A stretch of 64,000 nt of DNA from an uncultured Candidatus Berkelbacteria bacterium (GCA_903834195.1 CAILIB010000003.1:5477-69476), one strand, 5' to 3'. Numbered from the stretch's first letter, positions 12,478 through 21,844 are shown. The notes: generated by a model not told the origin, from the letters alone. Numbers and translations: made by a program.

Positions 12478-13965
12478 TTATTTACGACGGAAAGGACGAT
12501 TGTTTCGGTTACTACGAGGAGCAACGAAGCCTTTCGGAGCACTAATGCCAGTTGCAACATCTGCAGATTGACCATCTGAAGAACGTGCTGGACGAGGAGT
12601 GTTGAATGAACCAGAACCAGCTGGACGTGGCGTATTAAACGAACCTCCTGGTCGAGGAGTACGCTCAGATCGCTGTGGTTGACCACCACGATTGAACGGA
12701 CGACTTTCGCCTGAGTTAAAGTTATTCTGACGCTCACTGCGGTGGAATTGTTGACGTCCACGACGCTCGTTTGAGGAATATCCTCCTGCTAGCTCACCAA
12801 CTGAATGCTCTGAACGAGGTAAGGTGATGCGCATTAAACGCTCAATAGCGCGAACTTCTTTAGCCTGGTCAGGAGAAGCAAGTGAAATTGCGTGACCAGT
12901 TGCACCAGCACGGCCAGTACGACCAATACGGTGAATGTAATCATCAGCATTATCAGGAAGGTCATAGTTTAGAACAAGCTCGATACCTGTTACATCAATA
13001 CCGCGAGCTGCAATATCGGTAGCAACGAGGATACGTGCGCGACCAGACTTGAAAGAATCAAGTGCCTGACGACGCTGACCGAGTGAACGATCTGAGTGAA
13101 TTTCCATTGCTTGGTGACCACCAGCACGTAGAGCGCGGGTAAGGTTACTTGCACCATGACGTGTACGACTGAAAATCAGTACTGAACCTTTAAAGGTGTT
13201 AAGCAATGTCTCAAGCATGTTCTGCTTTTCAGCGCGAGAAACAATAATCAGCTCTTGTTCAATTTGAACGTTTGCAGTTCCTGCACGAGCAACCTCGATC
13301 CGGATTGGATCTTTCTGATATTTCTTAGTCATGTGCAGAATTTCATCTGGCATTGTAGCTGAGAAAAGCAATGTTTGACGATCTTTTGGAACGAAATTCA
13401 TGATTTCAGCAATCTGAGGAGCAAATCCCATATCAAGCATGCGGTCTGCTTCATCAAGAATGACGACGCGAACTGTATCAAGTTTGATAGTCCCCTGTTT
13501 CAAGTGGTCATTTAAACGACCAGGAGTTGCAACAACGATATCGATTCCCATCTGGAGACGGCGAATTTGACGACCAATGTGTTCACCACCAATTAGTACT
13601 GCAGTTTGCAGATGAAGGGGTCGTGTAATTTTTACTAAACTTTCTTCAACCTGAATTGCTAGTTCGCGGGTAGGAACAACGATTAACGCTTTTCCGCCCT
13701 GAAGCATCAGGCGTTGAACAGTTGGAACTCCAAATGCAAGAGTTTTACCTGTACCTGTTTGAGCAATACCAATAACGTCTACACCAGTTGCAACAACTGG
13801 GATAGCATCACGCTGAATTGGGGTTGGAATCTTGTACCCGTAGTAATCGAGGGTCTTTAAGATTTGTGGAGCGATACCGAGATTATTGAAGCTTTCGGTT
13901 GAAGCTGCTGGCGCGTCTGTAGAATCAGACACACCTAAAGTACGATCAGTGCTTTGGGTGGACAT
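12478..13965 (-). CDS. DEAD-box RNA helicase with RG-rich disordered tail
   Basis: AQTGTGKT, PTRELA, DEAD, SAT, ARGID, HRIGRTGR. Confidence 0.97.
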   Translation of the reverse strand: MSTQSTDRTLGVSDSTDAPAASTESFNNLGIAPQILKTLDYYGYKIPTPIQRDAIPVVATGVDVIGIAQTGTGKTLAFGVPTVQRLMLQGGKALIVVPTRELAIQVEESLVKITRPLHLQTAVLIGGEHIGRQIRRLQMGIDIVVATPGRLNDHLKQGTIKLDTVRVVILDEADRMLDMGFAPQIAEIMNFVPKDRQTLLFSATMPDEILHMTKKYQKDPIRIEVARAGTANVQIEQELIIVSRAEKQNMLETLLNTFKGSVLIFSRTRHGASNLTRALRAGGHQAMEIHSDRSLGQRRQALDSFKSGRARILVATDIAARGIDVTGIELVLNYDLPDNADDYIHRIGRTGRAGATGHAISLASPDQAKEVRAIERLMRITLPRSEHSVGELAGGYSSNERRGRQQFHRSERQNNFNSGESRPFNRGGQPQRSERTPRPGGSFNTPRPAGSGSFNTPRPARSSDGQSADVATGISAPKGFVAPRSNRNNRPFRRK

Positions 13966-14132
13966 ATTGTGTTAGCTGCGACCACAGGCTACTCAACAAG
14001 GAGTAATGCAGTCTATAAGTGGCTGACCCGAGTCCCGCTTGAGGTCATAATACCACTGGAGAATCAGATCATGTCGCATTTCGCGACTAAGTTTTATGGA
14101 CTGAGTTTAGTGGAATATTTACTGTTTGTCAA
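13966..14132 (-). promoter_or_regulatory. Sigma70 promoter and ~130-nt structured 5' leader of the DEAD-box helicase
   Basis: TTGACA (14132-14127), 17-nt spacer, TAAACT (14109-14104); three hairpins in the leader. Confidence 0.7.
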
Positions 14133-14171
14133 TCAGTATACCTTCAGAGCACGAGCTGGTACGCTTAATAT

Positions 14172-14675
14172 ATGCAAAAAGAGTTTATTGACGTCGTAAA
14201 TGAGCATGACGAGGTGGTTGGAGTTGCTGAACGAGAGGAATTATATACAAACCTCCTCAAGCATCGCATTGTCCACGTTTTAATCTTTAATACAAAGGGC
14301 GAAATGGCTCTGCAAATGCGTAGTGAGCATAAATCGTTCTGCCCTCATCACTGGAGTACAGCTGTTGGAGGCCATGTTCACCAAGGAGAAACCACTGAGC
14401 AAGCTGCTGTTCGAGAGTTTCAAGAAGAAATGGGTGTAGTTGTTCCTTTTACATTCGCGTTTAAAGATTATTATAAAGACCCACATAACCCTGGCTTGTA
14501 CAAATTTATTACAACGTACACTTGTGTATATGAAGGCCCATTTGAGATAAATCCTCTTGAAGTTACCGAGGTTCGCTATTTTAAACTCAAAGAACTGCGT
14601 ACGCTCATTAAAAACGGTGGTAAATTTCACCCAGAACTTGCCTATATTTTGGAAAAACACTACAGCAAGGCTTAG
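14172..14675 (+). CDS. NUDIX hydrolase (YfcD/IDI-like)
   Basis: HRIVHVLIFN; GGHVHQGETTEQAAVREFQEEMG Nudix box. Confidence 0.9.
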   Translation: MQKEFIDVVNEHDEVVGVAEREELYTNLLKHRIVHVLIFNTKGEMALQMRSEHKSFCPHHWSTAVGGHVHQGETTEQAAVREFQEEMGVVVPFTFAFKDYYKDPHNPGLYKFITTYTCVYEGPFEINPLEVTEVRYFKLKELRTLIKNGGKFHPELAYILEKHYSKA

Positions 14676-14677
14676 TC

Positions 14678-14965
14678 ATGCCAGTCTACTCAGGAAAAAA
14701 GAAGTCGAAAGCCCATTCAACACTCATTAAAGATGCTGTACCTGTAGTACAACTCGCCCAACGACTTTCTGAAGTTAGTAAGATTTCATGTGGTGTTATT
14801 ACTCCAACTCGCTCTCGAGAGGAGACGTGGTTAAAAATTGCCCATGAAGCCGCCTGCTTACGTATTACCGTACATGGACAAGCAAGCGTTCAAATACTTC
14901 GCTTGTATTGCAAACAGCTAGATTTACTCGAGAAAGAATTGCGTAGTTCGTTTACTGTTCGCTAA
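14678..14965 (+). CDS. Small protein, DUF2103-like
   Basis: HSTLI...VSKISCGVI...LRITVHG..SVQ pattern. Confidence 0.6.
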   Translation: MPVYSGKKKSKAHSTLIKDAVPVVQLAQRLSEVSKISCGVITPTRSREETWLKIAHEAACLRITVHGQASVQILRLYCKQLDLLEKELRSSFTVR

Positions 14966-15013
14966 TACTCGGGTTAATTTTCCTGTATTCTGAAAGAAAT
15001 AAAATCAACTTGA

Positions 15014-16021
15014 ATGTCTACTATTCTTATTACAGGTGGTACCGGGTATATCGGAAGCCATGTCGCAAAGGAACTTATAACCGCTGGTCACAAGGTTATC
15101 CTTTTTGATACCAACGAAATGGGTCACGCCGAAGTGCTTACGTATCTTCCAGGTGCACAATTAGTAGTTGGAGATATTGCTGATTCAGATCTGATTATAA
15201 AAACAGTCAAAGAAAACAGTGTAACTGCAGTAATTCATCTTGCTGCGTACACACTAGTGGGTGAAAGTGTTGAAGACCCGGCCAAATATTACCTTAACAA
15301 CACAGCTAAAGCTGTACAATTTCTCGAAGTAATTCGCAGTACAGGAATAGACAAGCTCATTTTTTCATCAACAGCAGCAGTATATGGAGAACCTCAGTAC
15401 TCTCCAATCGATGAGCAGCACCCATTTTCCCCTACTAATCCATATGGGCAAACCAAACTCATATTTGAAAAGATACTCCAAGACTATGAACGGGCGTATG
15501 GTCTGAGATCAATTTCACTCAGGTTTTTCTGTGCGGCCGGAGCCGATCCTGATGGAGATTTAGGTGAAGATCAAACTCCAGAAACTCACCTCATTCCACT
15601 GACAATCTTTACTGCACTCGGATATCGCCCAAGTCTCACCGTGCATGGCACCGATTACCCAACACCTGATGGTACTGCAGTACGAGATTTCATTCATGTT
15701 AATGATCTTGCACGAGCGCACGTACTTGCTCTCAATGCCCTTGAAAACGGCGCCAAAAGTACTGCGTACAACCTTGGTACGGGAAAAGGTTACTCTGTGC
15801 GAGAAATAATCGAGACTACCCAAAAGATAACAAACTCTCAGTTTAAGGTAGTTGATAGTACACGCCGACCAGGAGATCCAGTGCAACTTGTTGCAAGTTC
15901 AGATCGTATCCAGCGCGAACTAGGTTGGGAGCCAAAATATAGTGACTTAGAAACTATTATCCGTACTGCATATACGTGGTTTTCAACACATCCGAAAGGG
16001 TACTCAGGAAACTCTAAGTAA
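15014..16021 (+). CDS. galE: UDP-glucose 4-epimerase
   Basis: GGTGYIGSH, FSSTAAVYG, YGQTK, DYPTPDGTAVRDFIHV. Confidence 0.96.
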   Translation: MSTILITGGTGYIGSHVAKELITAGHKVILFDTNEMGHAEVLTYLPGAQLVVGDIADSDLIIKTVKENSVTAVIHLAAYTLVGESVEDPAKYYLNNTAKAVQFLEVIRSTGIDKLIFSSTAAVYGEPQYSPIDEQHPFSPTNPYGQTKLIFEKILQDYERAYGLRSISLRFFCAAGADPDGDLGEDQTPETHLIPLTIFTALGYRPSLTVHGTDYPTPDGTAVRDFIHVNDLARAHVLALNALENGAKSTAYNLGTGKGYSVREIIETTQKITNSQFKVVDSTRRPGDPVQLVASSDRIQRELGWEPKYSDLETIIRTAYTWFSTHPKGYSGNSK

Positions 16022-16072
16022 GGATCTGCTAAAATAGTTACGTAAGTAGACTAATATAGTCAAAAAAATCGT

Positions 16073-16663
16073 ATGAAAAAAGTACTTTTGAGTGGCGGGT
16101 TAATAGCTATATTTATTATCTATGGCCTGACACAACAAAAACCTCAGGATAATTTGGCTATTGCACAACCACTGGCTACTGATACACCCACTCCATCGCC
16201 AACCGACACACCTACTCCTACTCCGACAGATACTCCAACACCGACACCAACTGACACACCAACTCCTACACCAGTTGCAACTAGTAGTAGTACTCCGGTA
16301 GCTACGCCAAAACCAACTCCGAAACCTACACCAAAGCCAACTCCAACTCCGACCCCCACTCCAACACCTACCCCAGCCGGAAAGTATAAAACCGGCACGT
16401 ACACAGGTAGTGCTGCAGACGCATATTACGGCAATATTCAGGTCCAAATTGTTGTAACAAACGGTAAACTTTCAACGGTTAACTTTTTGCAGTATCCAAA
16501 TGACCGTTCCCGATCAATTCAGATCAATAATTATGCGATGCCCATTCTTCGCCAAGAAGCTATTTCAGCTCAGAGTGCCCAAGTGAACTCAGTTTCAGGT
16601 GCCAGTGATAGCAGCATGGCTTTTGTACAAAGCCTTTCATCAGCACTATCACAAGCACAATAA
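16073..16663 (+). CDS. Membrane-anchored FMN-binding (flavinylated) protein with Pro/Thr linker
   Basis: N-terminal anchor, PT repeats, YKTGTYTG..YYGNIQVQI, and VSGAS flavinylation motif ([ST]GA[ST]). Confidence 0.9.
   Translation: MKKVLLSGGLIAIFIIYGLTQQKPQDNLAIAQPLATDTPTPSPTDTPTPTPTDTPTPTPTDTPTPTPVATSSSTPVATPKPTPKPTPKPTPTPTPTPTPTPAGKYKTGTYTGSAADAYYGNIQVQIVVTNGKLSTVNFLQYPNDRSRSIQINNYAMPILRQEAISAQSAQVNSVSGASDSSMAFVQSLSSALSQAQ
16178..16375 (+). repeat. Coding tandem repeat (DTPTPTPT x4, PKPT, PT)
   Basis: 24-nt and 12-nt units with synonymous variation. Confidence 0.85.
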
Positions 16664-16664
16664 G

Positions 16665-17411
16665 ATGAAAGAAACCCGGGACATTATGGGTATGCCAATT
16701 ACGATCGAAGTTTCTGATGGTCATGTTACCGCCAAAGATCTCGACGAAGCATTCAAATATCTTACGTACGTTGATGAAAAGTTCAGCACCTACAAATTAG
16801 ATAGTGAGATTACGAAAATTAACCAGAAACTCATTCGTCGTAGTCAGTACAGTGCAGACATGAGATTAGTTCTCGCCGCGTGTGAAAAGACAAAACAAGA
16901 AACCGACGGATACTTTAACATTGAACAAAACGGCAAAATTGATCCATCTGGGTATGTTAAGGGTTGGGCAATTCAAAACTGCGCTAATCTCCTCGGAAAA
17001 ATGGGGTTTAAAAACTACTTTGTTGATGCGGGAGGCGACATTCAAGCCGCTGGATTAAATCCAGACGGCGTTCCATGGATTGTTGGCATTCGAAATCCAC
17101 TCAACAAAACTGAAATTGTGAAAAGAATCAGCTTACATAATGCTGGAATTGCAACCTCAGGAACGTATATTCGAGGACAGCACATCTATAACCCATTTAA
17201 GCCCGAATCTACTTTTATAGAGGTACTTAGTTTAACTGTGATCGGACGATATGTTGTAGATGCTGATCGTTTTGCAACCGCTGCGTTCGCCATGGGTAAA
17301 AAGGGTGTTGCATTTATTGCCTCGCTCACAGGATACGAAGCATACTCAATTGATTCTAAAGGAATTGCCACATTCACACCCGGATTTAACTCGTACGTTA
17401 TACCATCATGA
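16665..17411 (+). CDS. apbE: FAD:protein FMN transferase
   Basis: IMGMPI, DPSGYVKGWA, DAGGDI, IATSG, GQHIYNP, ADRFATAAFAMG; ATG at 16665 taken as the start. Confidence 0.93.
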   Translation: MKETRDIMGMPITIEVSDGHVTAKDLDEAFKYLTYVDEKFSTYKLDSEITKINQKLIRRSQYSADMRLVLAACEKTKQETDGYFNIEQNGKIDPSGYVKGWAIQNCANLLGKMGFKNYFVDAGGDIQAAGLNPDGVPWIVGIRNPLNKTEIVKRISLHNAGIATSGTYIRGQHIYNPFKPESTFIEVLSLTVIGRYVVDADRFATAAFAMGKKGVAFIASLTGYEAYSIDSKGIATFTPGFNSYVIPS

Positions 17412-18925
17412 TTACTTTCATCGACTACTACCTCGATCGGATTACAATGTACCGCTTTACGTTGTTCTACCTGATAGCCATTATTGGATGTGGGGTTCTT
17501 TTAGCGGGAATGGGAATGCTACCCATGTACACTGCCGATGGCATTCTTATTTCTGCGAGTATTTCGTTGATTCTGTGTCTGGCTACCAATGTGGTATTCT
17601 CACGCGTTTTTGACGCACCAACAAATCTTGAATCATCGTACATCACCGCACTTATTATTGTGTGTTTGGTGCCTCCAATCCAGAGTACACAAGATCTCCC
17701 CCTACTCGTTTGGGCAGCAATATTAGCAATTGCCAGTAAATTTATCTTGGCGATTCGAAATAAACACGTCTTCAATCCTGCAGCAATTGCTGTAGTTCTC
17801 ACAGCTGTTTGGCTCAATTTATCAGCAGCATGGTGGATTGGCACTGGCTGGATGATTCCAGTCACACTCATCGGAGGACTCTTATTGGTTCGCAAGATTC
17901 GCCGCATCGACATGATGTACGGCTTTTTCGTAGCAGCCATAATCACAATCACACTCTTCACTGCTAGTAAGGGTGGAAACATTCTCGATACTGCAAAGGA
18001 AACGTTTCTCCGATCCCCTATTCTGTTTTTCGCCTTTGTAATGCTTACCGAACCACTCACTTCTCCTCCGACACAGTTTCTTCAGGTTATTTACGGGGCA
18101 ATTGTCGGTGTTCTCTCAGCGCCCCAAATCCACTTTGCTAGCTACTACCTTACTCCAGAAATGGCATTAGTTGCCGGCAATGTTTTTTCATTTGCAGTTA
18201 GTCCAAAAATTAAAGAGAAATTAACGTTAACACGAAAAACCTTCCTGGCACCTGATGTTATGGAATTTGAATTTGCCCCTGCACGCCAACTTAAGTTTAC
18301 CCCCGGTCAATACATGGAATTTACCCTTCCACACGAACGGCCAGATACACGTGGTACGCGCAGATATCTTACTGTCGCGTCATCTCCAACTGAAGATCGT
18401 CTACTTCTCGGTGTTAAGTTCTACCATGAAGGTAGTTCATTCAAAACTCACCTTGCCGACCTTGAACTAGGAAAGTCACTGATGGGTGGCCAACTTGCGG
18501 GCGACTTCACACTGCCAAAAGATGAGACTGAAAAACTTGTCTTTATTGCAGGTGGAATTGGTATTACACCCTTCCGCAGCATGCTTAAATACCTGAGTGA
18601 CACAAATTCAAAACGCGACATTGTACTCATTTACATGAATAAAACCGTGGACGAAATTGCGTACGCTGATATTTTCAGTGATGCCGAGAAAGCAATTGGC
18701 GCTCGCATTGTGTACACGCTTACCGGCTCAGTCCCAAGTGACTGGAAAGGTAAGATTGGACGTGTTGATGCGGCATTAATACAAGACGTTGTACCTGATT
18801 TCATGAGCCGAACCTTCTATCTTTCAGGACCTCACACTATGATCACAGGTGTTGAGAATACTCTTCAAGAATTGCGTGTACCCGGTAAACAAATTAAAAA
18901 AGACTTTTTCCCTGGACTAGCATAA
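17408..18925 (+). CDS. RnfD/NqrB-like membrane domain fused to an FNR-like FAD/NAD(P)H-binding domain
   Basis: Multi-TM N-half with FNPA and MLTEPLTSP; C-half PGQY, RYLTVASSP, IAGGIGITPF, YLSGP. Confidence 0.9.
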   Translation: MITFIDYYLDRITMYRFTLFYLIAIIGCGVLLAGMGMLPMYTADGILISASISLILCLATNVVFSRVFDAPTNLESSYITALIIVCLVPPIQSTQDLPLLVWAAILAIASKFILAIRNKHVFNPAAIAVVLTAVWLNLSAAWWIGTGWMIPVTLIGGLLLVRKIRRIDMMYGFFVAAIITITLFTASKGGNILDTAKETFLRSPILFFAFVMLTEPLTSPPTQFLQVIYGAIVGVLSAPQIHFASYYLTPEMALVAGNVFSFAVSPKIKEKLTLTRKTFLAPDVMEFEFAPARQLKFTPGQYMEFTLPHERPDTRGTRRYLTVASSPTEDRLLLGVKFYHEGSSFKTHLADLELGKSLMGGQLAGDFTLPKDETEKLVFIAGGIGITPFRSMLKYLSDTNSKRDIVLIYMNKTVDEIAYADIFSDAEKAIGARIVYTLTGSVPSDWKGKIGRVDAALIQDVVPDFMSRTFYLSGPHTMITGVENTLQELRVPGKQIKKDFFPGLA

Positions 18926-18926
18926 C

Positions 18927-19382
18927 ATGGAAACACACGGACTCATTATTGGGAAATTCCTTCCACCTCACCTTGGTCACTCGTACCTAATTTCAACTGG
19001 GCATGCCCAAGTTGATACCCTTACTGTGCTTATTTGCGAAAGCGAGACTGATCCAATTCCCGTGCGACTGCGCGAAATGTGGCTTCACCAATCTCATCCA
19101 TACATCACTACTCACATCCTTAATCAGGATGCATTTGATCGCAATGATCCACATGCCTGGATCGAGGCAACGCAAAAATTAATCATTCATAAGCCTGATT
19201 GGGTTTTCAGCTCTGAAGAATACGGTATACTCTATGCTGAGCTCCTGGGATGTTCACATATGATGGTAGATAAAGATCGGGTTACTATTCCCTGCTCAGG
19301 CAGTACAATCAGAGAAAATCCACTGCAGTACCTCGAATATTTAGAAGAACCGGTGGCTGAATACTACAGAACACAAAAATGA
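18927..19382 (+). CDS. NadR-like HxGH nucleotidyltransferase (single domain)
   Basis: GKFLPPHLGH, VFSSEEYG, SGSTIRENP. Confidence 0.85.
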   Translation: METHGLIIGKFLPPHLGHSYLISTGHAQVDTLTVLICESETDPIPVRLREMWLHQSHPYITTHILNQDAFDRNDPHAWIEATQKLIIHKPDWVFSSEEYGILYAELLGCSHMMVDKDRVTIPCSGSTIRENPLQYLEYLEEPVAEYYRTQK

Positions 19383-20161
19383 GACAACGTAAGCGTTTCG
19401 ACTACTTACCTTTTAGAGTTGGAGGTCGTGAACCACAAATAAAACGTCAACCTTTTCTTTCCGATGGCAGGGTTGAGAGAGCAAATCGCAAACGTATTAC
19501 TATGGCGTATGCTATTTTTGCAGGTATCGTAGTTATATTCTTAGGAACAAAATTTATTCATCGAAAAAGTAATTCACCAACTACACAAGAGATCGCCGCC
19601 GTTAAAGTTGCTGCAGCCACTCCAACTCCCATACCTACAGCAACAGAAACAAACTTTCTCAGACAAGTTACACAGTGTTTCCTACCAATTTCCAAACTTT
19701 ATGGGTATGACCTGTATATTTCAGCAGGGTTTCGTTCATTTGACGAACAAGATCAACTCTACGAGCAAGGGAGAAGTGTTGCAGGTCACATTGTAACGAA
19801 CGCAAAAGGTGGCGATAGCATCCATAACTTTGGACTCGCAATAGATTTGGCAGATCACCGCTATGGCATAGATCTTGATTGGGATAAGCTCGAGAAAATC
19901 GGCACGTACTGTGGCTTAGAACATGGTGACCGTGGATATACTGACCTTCCCCACTTTCAGTATATTGGCCATCTTTCCATCGAGGATTTAAAGGCAGGGA
20001 AAGCCCCTGAACCCCTTACGCTTCCATGTCCAGCAATGAGTGAGGCAACTCCACTTACCATGTCTGAACTCAACGCCTGCAACGCGCCTAGTTTTAGCAA
20101 CAGCAATAGCAGTGTGCACATAGTTGCTCCTCCACTTAATCAGTACTACATCAACAACTAA
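19379..20161 (+). CDS. Membrane-anchored M15 peptidase (CwlK-like L-Ala-D-Glu type)
   Basis: GFRSFDEQDQLYEQGR, VTNAKGGDSIHNFGLAIDL, DLPHFQ; TM near aa 41-59. Confidence 0.88.
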   Translation: MRQRKRFDYLPFRVGGREPQIKRQPFLSDGRVERANRKRITMAYAIFAGIVVIFLGTKFIHRKSNSPTTQEIAAVKVAAATPTPIPTATETNFLRQVTQCFLPISKLYGYDLYISAGFRSFDEQDQLYEQGRSVAGHIVTNAKGGDSIHNFGLAIDLADHRYGIDLDWDKLEKIGTYCGLEHGDRGYTDLPHFQYIGHLSIEDLKAGKAPEPLTLPCPAMSEATPLTMSELNACNAPSFSNSNSSVHIVAPPLNQYYINN

Positions 20162-20955
20162 CGAAGTACTGAGCGCAGGTATGGTTCTTGCATGAAGGCG
20201 TGCGAACGGCCGTACACCACGAAGATACTATTTCCTTCCTTCCAAAGTTTCTCTATTTCTTGCACAACATACTCATCGCGAAATCTACTCACAAATCGAG
20301 AAACAGTGTTCAATATGTATCCAGTTTTCACCGGATTTACCGCAGATTCCCACCACTCCTCATTTTCAGACCCAAACCCTGCAGTCTCGTAGGTTTTACA
20401 CAATTCAATGAATCTTTCCCATGTGAACTCAGCTGAATTTTTGCCGAGTATTTTAAGCACATCACTTTTAAGCGCATGTTTAATATAGATTTCTGGATCT
20501 GGATTCTCAGGTAACCTATAGCGTTGAGCAGCGTACATACACCCCCAATAAAAGAAGTACATTTCGCTGCCAAATTGTGCCGAAACTGCTGCATATTCTT
20601 CTTGTGGCGAAGGCTCAGGGCACAGTATCTTCACCTGTTCTCTTGCACTCAGTCTTTGTAGTAACCCACCTTCAGCTGCTCGTTCAATTGCCTCGATATC
20701 GGTATCAAAAACTGGGGATAAACTTCCCTCTTCTAGTGCTACACGTGCAGATTTTTCTGTAGATCGTACAAATGCCGCCCAAGTCCCACGAAGTACATCG
20801 TATTGATGATTCTCAGGATCGTGCGAATGATTTGCACCGAAATAGACTAATTTTTGCTTCCCTTTTTCTAACTGCCAAATATATGGCTCTGGTAATCGAG
20901 CTGAGTATTCATCATGAACATCGTAAGAGAGAATTTTATCAAACACTAATTTCAT
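20158..20955 (-). CDS. Hypothetical protein, possibly TraB/ChaN-like fold
   Basis: YFGANH, LEEG, RDEYVV, FVVYGRSH pattern. Confidence 0.55.
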   Translation of the reverse strand: MKLVFDKILSYDVHDEYSARLPEPYIWQLEKGKQKLVYFGANHSHDPENHQYDVLRGTWAAFVRSTEKSARVALEEGSLSPVFDTDIEAIERAAEGGLLQRLSAREQVKILCPEPSPQEEYAAVSAQFGSEMYFFYWGCMYAAQRYRLPENPDPEIYIKHALKSDVLKILGKNSAEFTWERFIELCKTYETAGFGSENEEWWESAVNPVKTGYILNTVSRFVSRFRDEYVVQEIEKLWKEGNSIFVVYGRSHAFMQEPYLRSVLR

Positions 20956-20999
20956 TTTGAAAGAATAAAGTTCTTAAATACTAGCACGCTCTGACAAAC

Positions 21000-21025
21000 A
21001 AAAAAGAGGCCCGAAGGCCTCTTTT
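21000..21025 (-). terminator. Intrinsic terminator, probably bidirectional
   Basis: AAAAGAGGCC-cgaa-GGCCTCTTTT; UUCG loop on the minus strand. Confidence 0.9.
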
Positions 21026-21034
21026 ACATTTCTC

Positions 21035-21394
21035 CTAGAAATTGGTAGGCTCAGCGTAGAAGTATTCTTCGACAACCTTACCATCTTGTAGCTTGTAAAA
21101 GCCAAACTCGTGCATCATCATGCGCTCACCGCCCTTAGGGGTAACATCTAGTTTGAACTCAAGGATAAAGTTATCCTTTCCAACAAAAGCTGTTGTAACA
21201 CCGCCGCCGTGGAATGCTTCAAAAGATTCAAAAGCACCCTTAGTCTTTGCGATTACAGCTTCTTTACCCTGTACTGAGTAGCCGTTTTGTTCAACTGAAA
21301 GAACATTATCAGCGTATAATTCTTCTTCAGCTTGCACGTTTTGACCAGCGTTAATATACTTTACTAACTGCTGTACGATTTCTTCTGTAGTCAT
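21035..21394 (-). CDS. SnoaL/NTF2-like protein
   Basis: ELYADNVLSVE..VQGKEAV...YKLQDGKVVEEYFY; divergent from an HxlR regulator. Confidence 0.85.
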   Translation of the reverse strand: MTTEEIVQQLVKYINAGQNVQAEEELYADNVLSVEQNGYSVQGKEAVIAKTKGAFESFEAFHGGGVTTAFVGKDNFILEFKLDVTPKGGERMMMHEFGFYKLQDGKVVEEYFYAEPTNF

Positions 21395-21437
21395 TGTGAC
21401 CTTTCAATTTACTGCTATTTAATATATATTCATTATT

Positions 21438-21456
21438 AAGTATACTTTATATAGTG
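21438..21456. promoter_or_regulatory. Candidate HxlR-family operator
   Basis: Imperfect inverted repeat GTATAC-ttt-ATATAG between the divergent genes. Confidence 0.35.
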
Positions 21457-21475
21457 TCAATACCTAATTCGGTAT

Positions 21476-21784
21476 ATGTCTCCACAACCCTCATGCAATG
21501 TTCATAAAGCCGTCGATTTAATCGGTAGCAAGTGGACTCTTCTCATCCTCCACCAGCTCTGTTCCCAGAAGCGTGGATTTAATGAACTCCTTCACGGAAT
21601 AGAAGGAATTAATCCGCGTGCACTTTCAATTCGACTCAAAGAGATGGCAGAACATGGTCTGGTTATTAAGACAGTTCGACCAACCAGTCCGCCACAAGTA
21701 GAGTACTCTCTAACCACTCAAGGCGATTCTCTTAAAGGTATTATTGAGCAAATTGGTGAGTGGGCAAGTACACTTCCTGTCTAG
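21476..21784 (+). CDS. HxlR-family transcriptional regulator with N-terminal Cys
   Basis: C..LIGSKWTLLIL...GINPRALSIRLKE...PPQVEYSLT. Confidence 0.93.
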   Translation: MSPQPSCNVHKAVDLIGSKWTLLILHQLCSQKRGFNELLHGIEGINPRALSIRLKEMAEHGLVIKTVRPTSPPQVEYSLTTQGDSLKGIIEQIGEWASTLPV

Positions 21785-21844
21785 TTTCTAGCTCTAGTAG
21801 TATTTTTCTTTGTTTTCGTGTATAACAACCACGTCGACACTTTA

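Noticed and set aside
12585..12650. Duplicated GSFNTPRPA peptide in the helicase tail
   Set aside because: Ordinary low-complexity C-terminal tail of a DEAD-box protein
16178..16375. Possible CRISPR array
   Set aside because: Degenerate in-frame coding repeats with no unique spacers and no cas genes
16100..16447. Antisense GV-repeat and W/C/R-repeat ORFs
   Set aside because: Mirror images of the Pro/Thr linker codons
17467..18060. 197-aa antisense ORF
   Set aside because: Shadow of the hydrophobic RnfD-like coding region; no motif or expression signals
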